The notes below the pieces were generated by a model. That model saw only the letters and a list, made by a program, of their open reading frames with translations. It did no database searches and had not been told where the DNA came from. Position numbers and translations under genes: made by a program. Of a stretch of DNA of 64,000 nucleotides, positions 28,820-39,090 are shown in pieces. Origin of the DNA: Candidatus Hermodarchaeum yapensis (lineage in GTDB: Archaea; Asgardarchaeota; Hermodarchaeia; Hermodarchaeales; Hermodarchaeaceae); assembly GCA_016840405.1 (NCBI GenBank), contig JAEOSK010000005.1, forward strand, positions 1 through 64,000, given 5' to 3'. How positions within the stretch are numbered: position 1 is the stretch's first letter; each line of letters opens with the position of its first letter.

Positions 28820-30055
28820 TTATGTTCGTTTCTCCTCTGAACGCCAATAGTGTTGACCAATGAGATTATCTTTTTTCAAAGAATTGAGAACATCGGTTAC
28901 GTCAGTGCCCATTCGATGAGCATGTAGGATAAATCCGGCGTTTCGAAGATCTCCAATTGTCTGGTATCCCATGACTTTTCCATCACAAAGGAGAAGTTTC
29001 CTGTAAACCTTGTTTCGGTGTATACGGATAACTTCACACTCTCCTATCTCTTTCAAAGTCTGACCGATGCTGAGTACTGGTGTCTCAAAGATGTTAATCA
29101 GATTGATGGCATCAGACCCTTGATATGAAATCTGTTGACCCAGCATATTTTGTGCGGCGATTCGACCTTGAGAAATGGCGTTTGGCCATATTGCATTGAT
29201 CTTTAGTTCATTCGTTGCACGATCTAGTGCTTCAGCAACATCGCCTGCGGCGTATACGTTTGCAACACTGGTTTGCATGTATTCGTTGACAAGAATTCCT
29301 TCATTTGTTTTGATTTGAGTGCCTTTGATGATGTCGAGATTTGGACGAACTCCCACGGCTACGACGACCAGATCACATTTAATTTGCTTTCGACCAACTT
29401 GCACACCTTCGACATGCTTCTCACCAAGAAGTTTGTTTACGCTTGCTGAAGTATGAATTTCTATGTCCTGTTCTTGTAAGAGTTGGTTCACGATTTCTGC
29501 TGTGTCTTCATCTAGCATTCGGGGGAGAAGATGATTTTCTTGTTCAATGATTGCAACTTGGGCACCAAGTCTATGGAGTGCGGTGGCGCTTTCAATACCA
29601 ACAAACCCTCCGCCAATAACAACTGCATGTTTTATCTTTCGTTTTGCTCGTGTTAGGATGGCTTGGCTGTCTCCTAAATTTACCAGGGTTACTACGCCTT
29701 CTTTGTCAAGGCCTTCGATGGGAGGTTTGATTGCAGATGCCCCAGTGGCGATGAGAAGCTTATCGTACGGAACTTCTTTTCCGGATTCGAGGTGGACTGA
29801 GTTGGATTTAGGATTCACAGCTGTAACAGAAGTGTCCAGTTTCATTTTGATTCCAGCGTCTTCGAAATACTGGAGGTCAAATCGGTCGAGGTATTTGTCA
29901 TCAATTTCTCCAGCGACAAAGGATGGAAGAGAGAACAAAGCGTAGAATCGCGTATCCTTTGTAATTAAAACGACATCAACGGAGTTCTCATGTTCTATTA
30001 TCGTTTGTACTGCACTTAATCCAGCAGCTCCACTTCCAATAATCACCAGGCGCAC
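28820..30055 (-). CDS. FAD-dependent pyridine nucleotide-disulfide oxidoreductase (AorC/NirB N-terminal-like)
   Basis: IIGSGAAG, YDKLLIATG, IGGGFVG.E, VYAAGD, WPNA..QG; GTG start at 30055. Confidence 0.88.
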   Translation of the reverse strand: MRLVIIGSGAAGLSAVQTIIEHENSVDVVLITKDTRFYALFSLPSFVAGEIDDKYLDRFDLQYFEDAGIKMKLDTSVTAVNPKSNSVHLESGKEVPYDKLLIATGASAIKPPIEGLDKEGVVTLVNLGDSQAILTRAKRKIKHAVVIGGGFVGIESATALHRLGAQVAIIEQENHLLPRMLDEDTAEIVNQLLQEQDIEIHTSASVNKLLGEKHVEGVQVGRKQIKCDLVVVAVGVRPNLDIIKGTQIKTNEGILVNEYMQTSVANVYAAGDVAEALDRATNELKINAIWPNAISQGRIAAQNMLGQQISYQGSDAINLINIFETPVLSIGQTLKEIGECEVIRIHRNKVYRKLLLCDGKVMGYQTIGDLRNAGFILHAHRMGTDVTDVLNSLKKDNLIGQHYWRSEEKRT

Positions 30056-30180
30056 AAGAATCCACTCAATAACCACAGATAACATAGTACTCATAAAAAT
30101 ACACTTGGAAGCGACTCGGATTTTTGATGAATAACAGGTTTTTTAGTAACATCTTGCATAGCCTCTGCGAGGTGACGCTT

Positions 30181-31044
30181 TTGGAAGTCAAAAAAGTCTC
30201 AGTCATTGGTGCTGGACTCATGGGTCACGGCATAACACAAGTTCTAGCCCAGGTCGCTGGATATGAAGTGTACCTGAAAGATATCAAACAAGAATTCATT
30301 GACACAGGCATGGGTCGAATTAAATGGAGCCTTGGCAAGCTTGTTGAAAAAGAGAAACTCGCTCAAACCGATGCAGATGCAGTGCTCAAACGCATCCACC
30401 CTACCCTCGACATGAAAAAGGCAATGAGTGACACGGATTTTGTCATCGAAGCTGTTCCTGAAAACTTAGATCTCAAAAAGAAGATTTTCGCCGAGATGGA
30501 TGAACTCGCTCCATCACATGCCATTCTTTCATCGAATACATCCTCTATCAGTATTAGTCGCATAGCCTCAGCTACAAAACGCCCAGATAAAGTCGTGGGT
30601 ATGCACTTCTTCAATCCCGTTCAAATTATGAAACTGGTCGAAATTATTCGGGGAGAGAACACTTCGGATGAGACAGTCAAAATCGTTGAACTAGTGTCAC
30701 AGAAAATGGGTAAGGAAACCGTGCTTTGCAAGAAAGATTCACCCGGTTTTATCGTCAACCGCGTTCTAGTTCCTGCACTTAACGAAGCCATCTGGTTGCT
30801 CCAAGAAGATGTTGCTGAACCAGAAGATATTGACAAGGCCATCAAGCTAGGTCTAAACTGGCCAATGGGACCAATTACACTCTTGGATTATGTTGGATTA
30901 GACACCACTCTGTCAATCACTAAGGTGTTTCAGAAAGAGATGGACGAACACAAATACGCTGCAGCTCCACTACTTGGAAAGATGGTTAAGGAAGGCAAAT
31001 TGGGGAGAAAGACAAAGCAAGGATTCTACGACTGGAACAAATAA
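30181..31044 (+). CDS. 3-hydroxyacyl-CoA dehydrogenase
   Basis: GAGLMGHGI, IEAVPE, SNTSS, GMHFFNP, PGFIVNR, PMGP; TTG start after GAGGTGA. Confidence 0.95.
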   Translation: MEVKKVSVIGAGLMGHGITQVLAQVAGYEVYLKDIKQEFIDTGMGRIKWSLGKLVEKEKLAQTDADAVLKRIHPTLDMKKAMSDTDFVIEAVPENLDLKKKIFAEMDELAPSHAILSSNTSSISISRIASATKRPDKVVGMHFFNPVQIMKLVEIIRGENTSDETVKIVELVSQKMGKETVLCKKDSPGFIVNRVLVPALNEAIWLLQEDVAEPEDIDKAIKLGLNWPMGPITLLDYVGLDTTLSITKVFQKEMDEHKYAAAPLLGKMVKEGKLGRKTKQGFYDWNK

Positions 31045-31128
31045 ACCCCAACACTATCATGAACCCGTAATCGGTTCAAAACCTCGCAACGAGGAGATAT
31101 TAAGGGATATTTGAGAAGTGGAACCGGA

Positions 31129-32076
31129 TTACTTGTCTAGCTTTGCGCCACATTTTCCGCAGTGAGTAAACTCACTAGGTAAGTATTTTGTGCCACAGCT
31201 GGGGCAGTTCTTTTCCCAAGGTCCCCATTTGAATTCAGGTGATTTGCCATCAGCGGCTTCCTGTCGAAGGCGTATATATGCTGGAGGTCGTTTCTCGACG
31301 AAAGCCCACATACCTTCATGGGGTTCTTGGGAACTGAAGTGGACACTAAGCCAGTCTCGTACGCTTGGCCAAGTTAAAGACCAGACAAGATCCTTCCAGA
31401 AGTTCACCTGAGCTTTGGTAAAGCGAAGACATTCGGGGAATTTTTCGAGGATTTTCTTGGACCATTCTGCGATGGTGTCATCGAGCTTGTCATAGGGGAC
31501 AACTTCGTTGACGAGTCCCCAATCCTTGGCTTTTTCGGCACTAATTCGATCGCAAGTGAAGAGCATTTCCCGAGCTCGCCGGTCACCTATAATGATTGGT
31601 AACCATTGAGTGGCGCCGCCTGCGGCGACACTACCGACACGTGTTCCGACCTGTAATATTTCCACGTGGTCTGCAGCTATCGCTAGGTCGCATGCCATTT
31701 GGACTTCATTTCCTCCACCAGCAACAATACCATTCAGCCTTGCTATCACTGGCTTTCCACAATGCCGTAACAAATGTAGGGCACGTTCAAAAATTTCGCA
31801 CCATTTCCAGAAGTCTCGAGGTTTCTTAGTATACTTTGTTGCATACTCTTTGACGTCACCTCCAGTGCAGAATGCTTTTTTGCCTGCACCGGTTAGGACA
31901 ATGACTCCAACCTCATCATCCCACGAAGCGGTATGAAGGGCGTCACACATTTCGTCAAGCGTCAGAAGAGTATATGCATTGAATTTTTCTGGACGGTTGA
32001 TTGTGAGGGTGGCGACCCAGTCTTTCTTCTCGTAAAGAATTTCCTTGTATTTGGGTTTTGCCAACTTAACCACCAA
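31129..32076 (-). CDS. oah: 6-oxocyclohex-1-ene-1-carbonyl-CoA hydrolase-like crotonase with C-terminal zinc ribbon
   Basis: FCTGGDVKEYA..Y...P, GGGNE.QMACD, GS...GGAT; C-terminal CPSC...CGKC. Confidence 0.7.
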   Translation of the reverse strand: MVVKLAKPKYKEILYEKKDWVATLTINRPEKFNAYTLLTLDEMCDALHTASWDDEVGVIVLTGAGKKAFCTGGDVKEYATKYTKKPRDFWKWCEIFERALHLLRHCGKPVIARLNGIVAGGGNEVQMACDLAIAADHVEILQVGTRVGSVAAGGATQWLPIIIGDRRAREMLFTCDRISAEKAKDWGLVNEVVPYDKLDDTIAEWSKKILEKFPECLRFTKAQVNFWKDLVWSLTWPSVRDWLSVHFSSQEPHEGMWAFVEKRPPAYIRLRQEAADGKSPEFKWGPWEKNCPSCGTKYLPSEFTHCGKCGAKLDK

Positions 32077-32230
32077 AGTAAGTGGGTTAATACCGGATTC
32101 TCTTATTTGAAGTTTCTACTTGATACCACAATTTTCGATGGACACCAAAAAAATTTGATGACACCGCTTGGTGAACGATGTGAATTATGAATGGAAAGGC
32201 TTCCGACACTTTTTCGTTGCTCCCTGCCAT

Positions 32231-32249
32231 AAGTTATAAGGTATAACTT
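32231..32249. promoter_or_regulatory. Inverted repeat AAGTTATA-N3-TATAACTT over a TATA-like box
   Basis: Perfect 8-bp arms 14-32 nt upstream of ATG 32263. Confidence 0.45.
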
Positions 32250-32262
32250 GAAAGGCAATTCT

Positions 32263-32619
32263 ATGACTGATCCAATGATCGCTTATTGTAGTCTTAACTG
32301 CATTGAATGCCCTGCCTATATTGCCTATCAAACCGATGATGAAGCACTAAGGAAAGAAACGGCGAAAAAATGGTCAACACCGGATCACCCTGTTTCTGTT
32401 GAAGACATAGATTGCACTGGATGCAAATCAACGAAACCTCCTATCTTTAATTGGTGTTCAAAATGTGAAGTCCGAAGTTGTGCTATTGAACATGAGGCCG
32501 TAACTTGCGCCCACTGCGCCGATTATTCTTGTGAGAAAATCGATAAACTAATCAAAATGCTTGGTGACGAAGTAAGAAATCAACTCGAAAGCATACGAAA
32601 CCAGTTGGCAAATCGTTAG
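32263..32619 (+). CDS. DUF3795 Cys-rich protein
   Basis: IAYCSLNCIECPAY, CTGC, C..CEVRSC, CAHC..Y.C. Confidence 0.85.
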   Translation: MTDPMIAYCSLNCIECPAYIAYQTDDEALRKETAKKWSTPDHPVSVEDIDCTGCKSTKPPIFNWCSKCEVRSCAIEHEAVTCAHCADYSCEKIDKLIKMLGDEVRNQLESIRNQLANR

Positions 32620-32685
32620 ATCTGTAATGATAGGTCCAAAGAGTGTACAATAACACCTTCTAGAATAGTTGCAAAATGAAGCAAA

Positions 32686-33096
32686 TCAGGCAGGAATGAA
32701 CACGTAGGAATCAAGGCCAAATGATTTCTTGATTTCAATTTTAATTGGCGTGCCAATTTTGAGATCTTCGTATTTCGCTTTTTCAACCCGAGCAACGACT
32801 AATATTCCTTCATCGAGTTTCCCAACGGCGAGGATATAGGGTAACAATTCCTTGTATGCAGGAGGAGCAGCACCGACAAGGGTTTTTGCGTAGATTTCAC
32901 CTGTACCTTTCAGGTCAATCCATTCTGCGGCTTTGTCACCGCAGTTTGGACAGGTTGATTTTGGTGGCCATAGTACTCCGCATTTGGGACATTTGGTTGT
33001 TGTGAATTTGTTTTGTGCGAGGTTGTCCCAGAATTGTTTGATTTGAGTTTGTGGATAGACAAGAGTGTAGGGCAGATCCGTGGGTTGTTCAGTCAT
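32686..33096 (-). CDS. DUF35 Zn-ribbon/OB-fold thiolase partner
   Basis: CPKCG.LWPP..TCPNC followed by an OB fold; directly after a thiolase. Confidence 0.9.
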   Translation of the reverse strand: MTEQPTDLPYTLVYPQTQIKQFWDNLAQNKFTTTKCPKCGVLWPPKSTCPNCGDKAAEWIDLKGTGEIYAKTLVGAAPPAYKELLPYILAVGKLDEGILVVARVEKAKYEDLKIGTPIKIEIKKSFGLDSYVFIPA

Positions 33097-33097
33097 C

Positions 33098-34267
33098 TTA
33101 GTTCTGCCTCCGTAGAATATGGACAACGTGATGTGTGGCGAAGCCACTTAGGTTCTGTGTGATACCTGTTGTTGCACCATCGACTTGGCGAGGTCCGCCT
33201 TCACCTCGAAGTTGTTCTGTGACTTCAGCGATTTGGGCAACACCGGTGGCACCAACTGGATGTCCTTTCGATTTGAGACCTCCGGAAGGATTGACAGGGA
33301 TTCGACCTCCGATTTCTGTATCCCCACTATCAACGAGTTTTGGCCCTTCACCCTTTTTACAAAATCCAAGGTCTTCATATTCGATGAGCTCAGCGATGGT
33401 GAAGCAATCGTGGGTTTCAGCGAGATCCATATCTTTAGGTTTGAGTTTTGCCATGGAATAGGCATTGTTCGCAGCATTTACTAATGCTCGCCAAGTCGTT
33501 AGACTCTGCATATTCGAGCAATTGAAGGAAGGTTCCATGAACTGTCCTGAACCGATCACATCAACTGGAGTGTCGTTGTATTTTCTAGCCTCTTTAGCGG
33601 GGACAAGAATTGCAGCGGCGGATCCATCTGAAATTGGACTGCAGTCGAAGAGATTCAGAGGGTGAGCAATCATCGGTGATTCAAGAACGGTTTCAATGGT
33701 GATTTCTTTTCGAAATTGGGCAATGGGATTTTTACTGCCATTCTTATGATTTTTCACGGCAATCTTAGCGAGTTGTTCTTGGGTCACGCCATACTCATGC
33801 ATATATCGTGATGCAATGAGAGCAAATCCTGAGGGAGGGATCATTCCATGAAAACTTTCCCAGGTCAGGTCTTCGACTAAGCATAGATTGCGCATAGCTT
33901 CAGGGGAAGGCACATTGCACATTTTTTCAACGCCGATAACTAGAGCAGAGTCTGCTTGTCCTGATGTGATAGCAAAGAAGGCATTGCGAATGGCGGCGCC
34001 TCCGCTTGCACAGGCCATTTCAATTCGGGAAGCCACCTTAGGAGACATACCCAGAAATTCAGCAACAAGGTTTGCTGGATGAGCTTGTTCCGTGAACCGT
34101 TCTGACTGGGCATTGGCAAGATACAATGCTTCAATATCTTTGGGTTCTAATCCCTTTGTGTCTTTGAAGGCATGTTCTGCTGATTCTACAATAAGTTCAC
34201 CCAAGGAAACGTCATTGCGTTTACCCCATTGGGTGAGCCCAACTCCAACAACAGATACAGGTCTCAT
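33098..34267 (-). CDS. SCP2-type (archaeal) thiolase
   Basis: EMACASG, CSPISDG, ETHDCF, NPSGGL, GHPVGATG. Confidence 0.93.
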   Translation of the reverse strand: MRPVSVVGVGLTQWGKRNDVSLGELIVESAEHAFKDTKGLEPKDIEALYLANAQSERFTEQAHPANLVAEFLGMSPKVASRIEMACASGGAAIRNAFFAITSGQADSALVIGVEKMCNVPSPEAMRNLCLVEDLTWESFHGMIPPSGFALIASRYMHEYGVTQEQLAKIAVKNHKNGSKNPIAQFRKEITIETVLESPMIAHPLNLFDCSPISDGSAAAILVPAKEARKYNDTPVDVIGSGQFMEPSFNCSNMQSLTTWRALVNAANNAYSMAKLKPKDMDLAETHDCFTIAELIEYEDLGFCKKGEGPKLVDSGDTEIGGRIPVNPSGGLKSKGHPVGATGVAQIAEVTEQLRGEGGPRQVDGATTGITQNLSGFATHHVVHILRRQN

Positions 34268-34359
34268 TCTAATTCACCATTCAAACAGAAATGTGCGATT
34301 CATCATCTTTGCACCGTGCATTCTTTTAAGTGCATTCAAAAGGCTACTTCATCTTGATG

Positions 34360-36294
34360 TTATTTTGAATCACGAATGGAATCAAAGGCTTCGGGATTTT
34401 CAACAGAAGACAAATCCCCGACTTCGTGACCAAGATATACACGTTTAATTAATCGCCGGACGATTTTGCCGGATCGGGTTTTGGGTAATGCAGAGACAAA
34501 TCGGACCTCTTCAGGGAGGAAGGGTTTGCCCATGGTTTTTCCGACATATTGTCTCAATTCTTCTCGAAGGTCCTCGCTGATATCAAATCCAGATTTGAGT
34601 ACAACATAGGCGATGATTCCAGCCCCTTTGATTTCATGGGGAACCCCTATGGCAGCGACCTCGGAAACCGCTTTATGACTAATTAGTGCTGTTTCTATTT
34701 CAGAGGGACCAACTCGTTGGCTAGATACCTTGATGACATCATCTGCCCGACCCAGAAGAAACCAGAATCCATCTTCATCAACTTGAGCCAGATCTCCATG
34801 CCACCATATTCCAGGAAATGTTGACCAATAGGTTTCGATATAACGTTCGGGTGCATTCCAAAAGCCTCGTGTCATGGAAGGAGCCGGCTTGCGGCAAATG
34901 AGTGTACCAATATCTCCGCGAATACTCTTTCCAGTGTCATCAATGCAATCTATGTCCATTCCCAACCCGGGACCGCGCAGGGTTCGGGGTTTGAGATCAT
35001 TGATTGGCATGGGGCTTAAGAAACAACCAAAAATCTCAGTTCCTCCAGACAGGTTGATAATTGGGAGTTTGCCTTTCCCGACCGTGTTGAAATACCACAA
35101 CCAGCTGGTATCATCCCACGGTTCGCCAGTCGATCCCAAAATGCGGAGAGTGCTCATCTTATGTTTGTTGACCCATTCATCACCTAATCGAATGAGATAG
35201 CGAATAGCTGTTGGTGAAATACCGAATGCTGTTACTTTGTACTTATCTATGGTTTTCCATAGCTGGTCGGGTTGAGGAAAATCGATTGCACCTTCATAGA
35301 TAAGATGAGCCGCGCCTTGATGTTGTGCTCCGACGATTTGCCATGGGCCCATCATCCAGCCGAGGTCACTCAGCCAAAACAAAGTGTCAGTTTCTTTGAC
35401 ATCACAATAGTATGCGACTTCTTTTGCTGCCTGTGCTAAAGCCCCAGCATGAGAATGAACCGTGCCTTTTGGTTTCCCAGTTGTCCCCGAGCTGTATAAT
35501 ACCATTGCAGGATCTTCCGATTCCATCTGAGAGGTAGGCGCAGAAAGATCCATTCCATCAACGACATCATGCCACCATAGATCCACACCCTTATTCCAGG
35601 GGATTTTAAGACCTAGCCGTTTGAACAGAATCAAATGTTTGATTGATTTCACACCATCAACGCTTGCGTCTGCATTTTTCTTGAGTGGGATTTGTTTTCC
35701 ACGCCGAATAGAGCCATCTGCTGTGAAGAGAATTTTCGCTCCGACATCTTGGATTCGCATTTTCACTGCATCTGGACTAAATCCTGAAAAAATTGGGACA
35801 CCGATAGCGCCAATTTTATAGCTAGCTAGCAAGGCCATGACGGTTTCGGGAACCATTGGCATATAGATTGCACAGGGATCACCCTTCCCAATCCCTAATT
35901 CCTGTAGGGCATTTGCGAGTTTACATACGCCTTCATTGAGTTGTGCATAAGTTAGAATTCGATCTTCGCCGGTTTCGCTGACCCAGATGAGTGCTGTTTT
36001 GTTTGCTCGAGTTGATTGTACATGGCGATCAAGGATGTTGTGAACGATATTGAGTTTGCCACCCACAAACCATTTGGTCCATTCAATTCCTTTTGAGTCA
36101 TCTAACACCTGTGAATAGGGTTGATACCATTCAACGCCAATGTCTTTGAGTGCAGCGTCCCAAAACCATTCAATATCTTCAGTGCTACGACTAATTAGTT
36201 CATCGTAAGTGTTGATATTGTGTTTATTCATGAAGTGGCGTATGTTGCTGTTGGTTTGATAGTCACCCGAAGAACGCCAGATAATTTCACTCAT
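34360..36294 (-). CDS. AMP-forming acyl-CoA synthetase (acetate/acetoacetate-CoA ligase-like)
   Basis: YSSGTTGKPKG, STGEPW, SGGTE, HGD, GRADD, LPKTRSGK. Confidence 0.92.
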   Translation of the reverse strand: MSEIIWRSSGDYQTNSNIRHFMNKHNINTYDELISRSTEDIEWFWDAALKDIGVEWYQPYSQVLDDSKGIEWTKWFVGGKLNIVHNILDRHVQSTRANKTALIWVSETGEDRILTYAQLNEGVCKLANALQELGIGKGDPCAIYMPMVPETVMALLASYKIGAIGVPIFSGFSPDAVKMRIQDVGAKILFTADGSIRRGKQIPLKKNADASVDGVKSIKHLILFKRLGLKIPWNKGVDLWWHDVVDGMDLSAPTSQMESEDPAMVLYSSGTTGKPKGTVHSHAGALAQAAKEVAYYCDVKETDTLFWLSDLGWMMGPWQIVGAQHQGAAHLIYEGAIDFPQPDQLWKTIDKYKVTAFGISPTAIRYLIRLGDEWVNKHKMSTLRILGSTGEPWDDTSWLWYFNTVGKGKLPIINLSGGTEIFGCFLSPMPINDLKPRTLRGPGLGMDIDCIDDTGKSIRGDIGTLICRKPAPSMTRGFWNAPERYIETYWSTFPGIWWHGDLAQVDEDGFWFLLGRADDVIKVSSQRVGPSEIETALISHKAVSEVAAIGVPHEIKGAGIIAYVVLKSGFDISEDLREELRQYVGKTMGKPFLPEEVRFVSALPKTRSGKIVRRLIKRVYLGHEVGDLSSVENPEAFDSIRDSK

Positions 36295-36426
36295 AGCTTG
36301 ACACTCCTGGGAGTCCTTACAGTCTTATCGTTCGGTCTTTGTTCATATTTGTTTTTACTTAGGTTTCAATAACAGTGAAACACTTTTTACAGTTGATGCC
36401 TGTATTCGTGGAAAAGGTGGTCGATT

Positions 36427-37587
36427 GTGACAAACCGTGTCGCCATTATTGGTGTGGGTCAAAGTAGTTTTGGAAAACGCCCAGACTCGTCTATCCGTGA
36501 TTTGACGTTTGAAGCATTTCACGAAGCCATCGAGGACACCAAGAATTTAGAGAGAGATGAGATCGATGCGTCTTTGGTTGCTTCTTCATCTGGTTATGAC
36601 AAGCAGAGGTCACCTGCTGCGGTAATTGCCGGATATTTAGAATTAAATCCCCAACCGACTTTTCTCACTGAGGCCGCTTGTGCATCAAGTACTGTTGCTC
36701 TTCGCACTGCGTGGTCGTTTGTCAAGTCGGGTCTTCATGATGTTGTTGCTGTGATTGGTTATCAGAAAATGACAGATATGACATCTGAAGCGATTCAAGA
36801 GGTCATGGGCCGTGCTGGAGATGTTATGTTTGAATCACCCTTTGGCACTAGCATGCCAGCCTATTATGCCATGTTTGCTCGAGCACACATGGATGCTTAT
36901 GGTACAACTGAAGAAGATCTTGCGAAGGTTTCGGTGAAAAATCACTATTACAGTCAGTATAATCCAAAGGCTATGTTTCAGAAGGAGTTCACTTTAGAGA
37001 AAGTGCTGTCCTCTCGAGTAATCGCTAGCCCCTTGAAGAGTCTCGACTGCTGTGCTAATTCAGATGGCGCATCATGCCTAATTGTAGCCAATGAAGCAAA
37101 AGCGAAGAAGTTTGCCGAACAACCCGTTTGGATCAAAGGGTTGGGCCTTGGTTCAACAGCTATGTCTCTTGCTAGCCGTAACCCGCCTTTCACAGGTTTT
37201 GAAAGTGCGAAGGAAGCAGCTCGACAAGCCTACGCCATGGCAAGCATCAAACCCACAGATATCGATGTTGCAGAAGTTCATGACTGCTTCACAATTGCCG
37301 AACTCATTGCTTATGGGGATCTTGAATTCTGTAAACGTGAAGACAGCCCCAAAATGATACGTAATGAAGAAACACACCTTGGGGGACGTATACCTGTGAA
37401 TATTGATGGGGGCCTCCTATCAAAGGGTCATCCCGTAGGTGCAACTGGTGGTTCACAGATTCGAACTCTGGTGCATCAACTTCGTGGTGAAGGGGGAAAG
37501 ATGCAAGTGGATGGAGCAAAAATTGCTTTGGGTCACAATGTTGGTGGAATCGGGATGTATACGAATGTGACCATTCTGGAGGCCTAG
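36427..37587 (+). CDS. SCP2-type (archaeal) thiolase, second copy
   Basis: EAACASS, EVHDCF, GGLLSKGHPVGATG, HNVGG. Confidence 0.93.
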   Translation: MTNRVAIIGVGQSSFGKRPDSSIRDLTFEAFHEAIEDTKNLERDEIDASLVASSSGYDKQRSPAAVIAGYLELNPQPTFLTEAACASSTVALRTAWSFVKSGLHDVVAVIGYQKMTDMTSEAIQEVMGRAGDVMFESPFGTSMPAYYAMFARAHMDAYGTTEEDLAKVSVKNHYYSQYNPKAMFQKEFTLEKVLSSRVIASPLKSLDCCANSDGASCLIVANEAKAKKFAEQPVWIKGLGLGSTAMSLASRNPPFTGFESAKEAARQAYAMASIKPTDIDVAEVHDCFTIAELIAYGDLEFCKREDSPKMIRNEETHLGGRIPVNIDGGLLSKGHPVGATGGSQIRTLVHQLRGEGGKMQVDGAKIALGHNVGGIGMYTNVTILEA

Positions 37588-37601
37588 TATGGAGGTTTGA
37601 G

Positions 37602-38024
37602 GTGAATAGGATGGGATTTGAACGGTTTGGTTTTGTCAGTTATGTTTCGCAGGCAAAAATTGGTGAGTTTACCGAATACCTGAAAAACAATCAGCTAATG
37701 GGTACAAAGTGTAAAAAATGTGGGAAAGTCTATTTCCCACCACGTGGTGATTGCACCTCATGCCTTGGAGAGGAAATTGAATGGGTTGAAATCCAGGGTG
37801 AAGGTAAACTTGTTACCTTCACTCAAGTTAACTTTGCTCCAACGGGATTTCAAAAAGACGTCCCATATATTCTTGCACTTGGACAATTAAACAGTGGACA
37901 ATATGTTTTTGCTCGATTTTCCAAAGATGTGTCATTGGAACAGTTGAAAATCGGAATGGCGTTACAACTTGTACCGTGCAAAATCGATGAAGAACGAGTA
38001 ACATATGAGTTTCAGGTGCTTTAA
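37602..38024 (+). CDS. DUF35 Zn-ribbon/OB-fold thiolase partner, second copy
   Basis: CKKCGKVYFPPRGDCTSC followed by an OB fold. Confidence 0.9.
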   Translation: MNRMGFERFGFVSYVSQAKIGEFTEYLKNNQLMGTKCKKCGKVYFPPRGDCTSCLGEEIEWVEIQGEGKLVTFTQVNFAPTGFQKDVPYILALGQLNSGQYVFARFSKDVSLEQLKIGMALQLVPCKIDEERVTYEFQVL

Positions 38025-38029
38025 AGGGT

Positions 38030-39079
38030 TCACCGGAATTCTGGGATAACCTCAGTAGCAAAGAGCTTCAAGGTGTCCTTAAGCATCTTTGGGGGAACAA
38101 AGAAGTTGACAACCATATGTCGGACACCCGCCTTCTGATATTCCTTGATCCCTTTGATTACATCATCAGGTGTACCAAAGAAAACTGGGGCTTTGTCGAG
38201 AACGTCATCAGGAATCTCTTTTGCCATCGCCAGTAGTTTTTCAGTAACCTCTAAGTTCATAACCAAATGCCAAGTCATGTCGAACTCGTCGGTAACGTCA
38301 TCATATCCTAATCGACGAAGAATTCGTGGACGAGTTAGGAAGTAGATCTTTGCCCCGAGTCCCACATTTTTCCGAGCGGTTTCGTATTCATCAGCGACAA
38401 CTGTAAACACAAAGGCTGCAGGTTCAATTACATTCGGATCACGTCCAGCTTTCTTTGCGTGATCTCGGACAATCTGTAATTTCTCTGCATATTCATCAGG
38501 AAACATACTTGCTGGAACCCAACCATCACCCAACTCTCCAGCCATCTTCATAGTTTTGGGCGAATTTGCTGCAATCCATACCGGTGGGTTTGGTTCTTGA
38601 ATTGGTCGTGGTTGGAGAAATGCGTTATCTAATTTGTAGTACTTTCCGTCATAATTGGCAACCTCTTCTGTCCACAGCATCCGCATGACTTTTACGGCTT
38701 CACGTGTGCGTCCAAGAGGCTTTTTGAGATCAATTCCAAAAGGAAAGAGATTCATGGCTTCACCTAACCCGACGCCTACAATCGCTCTTCCATTTGAGAT
38801 GTGATCACAAGTAGTAATCATCTGTGCTAGCGCCGCCGGATGGTGACGATAGGTATCACCAACACAAGTGCCTAATTTCACATTCTTTGTTTGTGTGGCT
38901 ACAGCTGAGAGCGCTGACCAAGCTTCCAAGGCATCCCACCGTCGAATGCCAAATCCAACCGTATGATCGGGCATCCAAAAGGAATCGAATCCCATTTTTT
39001 CGATATATGTCGCCGTATCAAGGATTCGGTCCCAAGCTGAAGGAGTACTAACAACTCCAAATTTTAGTGTGTCTGACAT
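38030..39079 (-). CDS. LLM-class F420/flavin-dependent oxidoreductase
   Basis: GFDSFWMPDH, DHISNGR..VG.GLGE..N, PVWIAA, GDGW. Confidence 0.9.
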   Translation of the reverse strand: MSDTLKFGVVSTPSAWDRILDTATYIEKMGFDSFWMPDHTVGFGIRRWDALEAWSALSAVATQTKNVKLGTCVGDTYRHHPAALAQMITTCDHISNGRAIVGVGLGEAMNLFPFGIDLKKPLGRTREAVKVMRMLWTEEVANYDGKYYKLDNAFLQPRPIQEPNPPVWIAANSPKTMKMAGELGDGWVPASMFPDEYAEKLQIVRDHAKKAGRDPNVIEPAAFVFTVVADEYETARKNVGLGAKIYFLTRPRILRRLGYDDVTDEFDMTWHLVMNLEVTEKLLAMAKEIPDDVLDKAPVFFGTPDDVIKGIKEYQKAGVRHMVVNFFVPPKMLKDTLKLFATEVIPEFR

Positions 39080-39090
39080 TCTCTTGCCTC

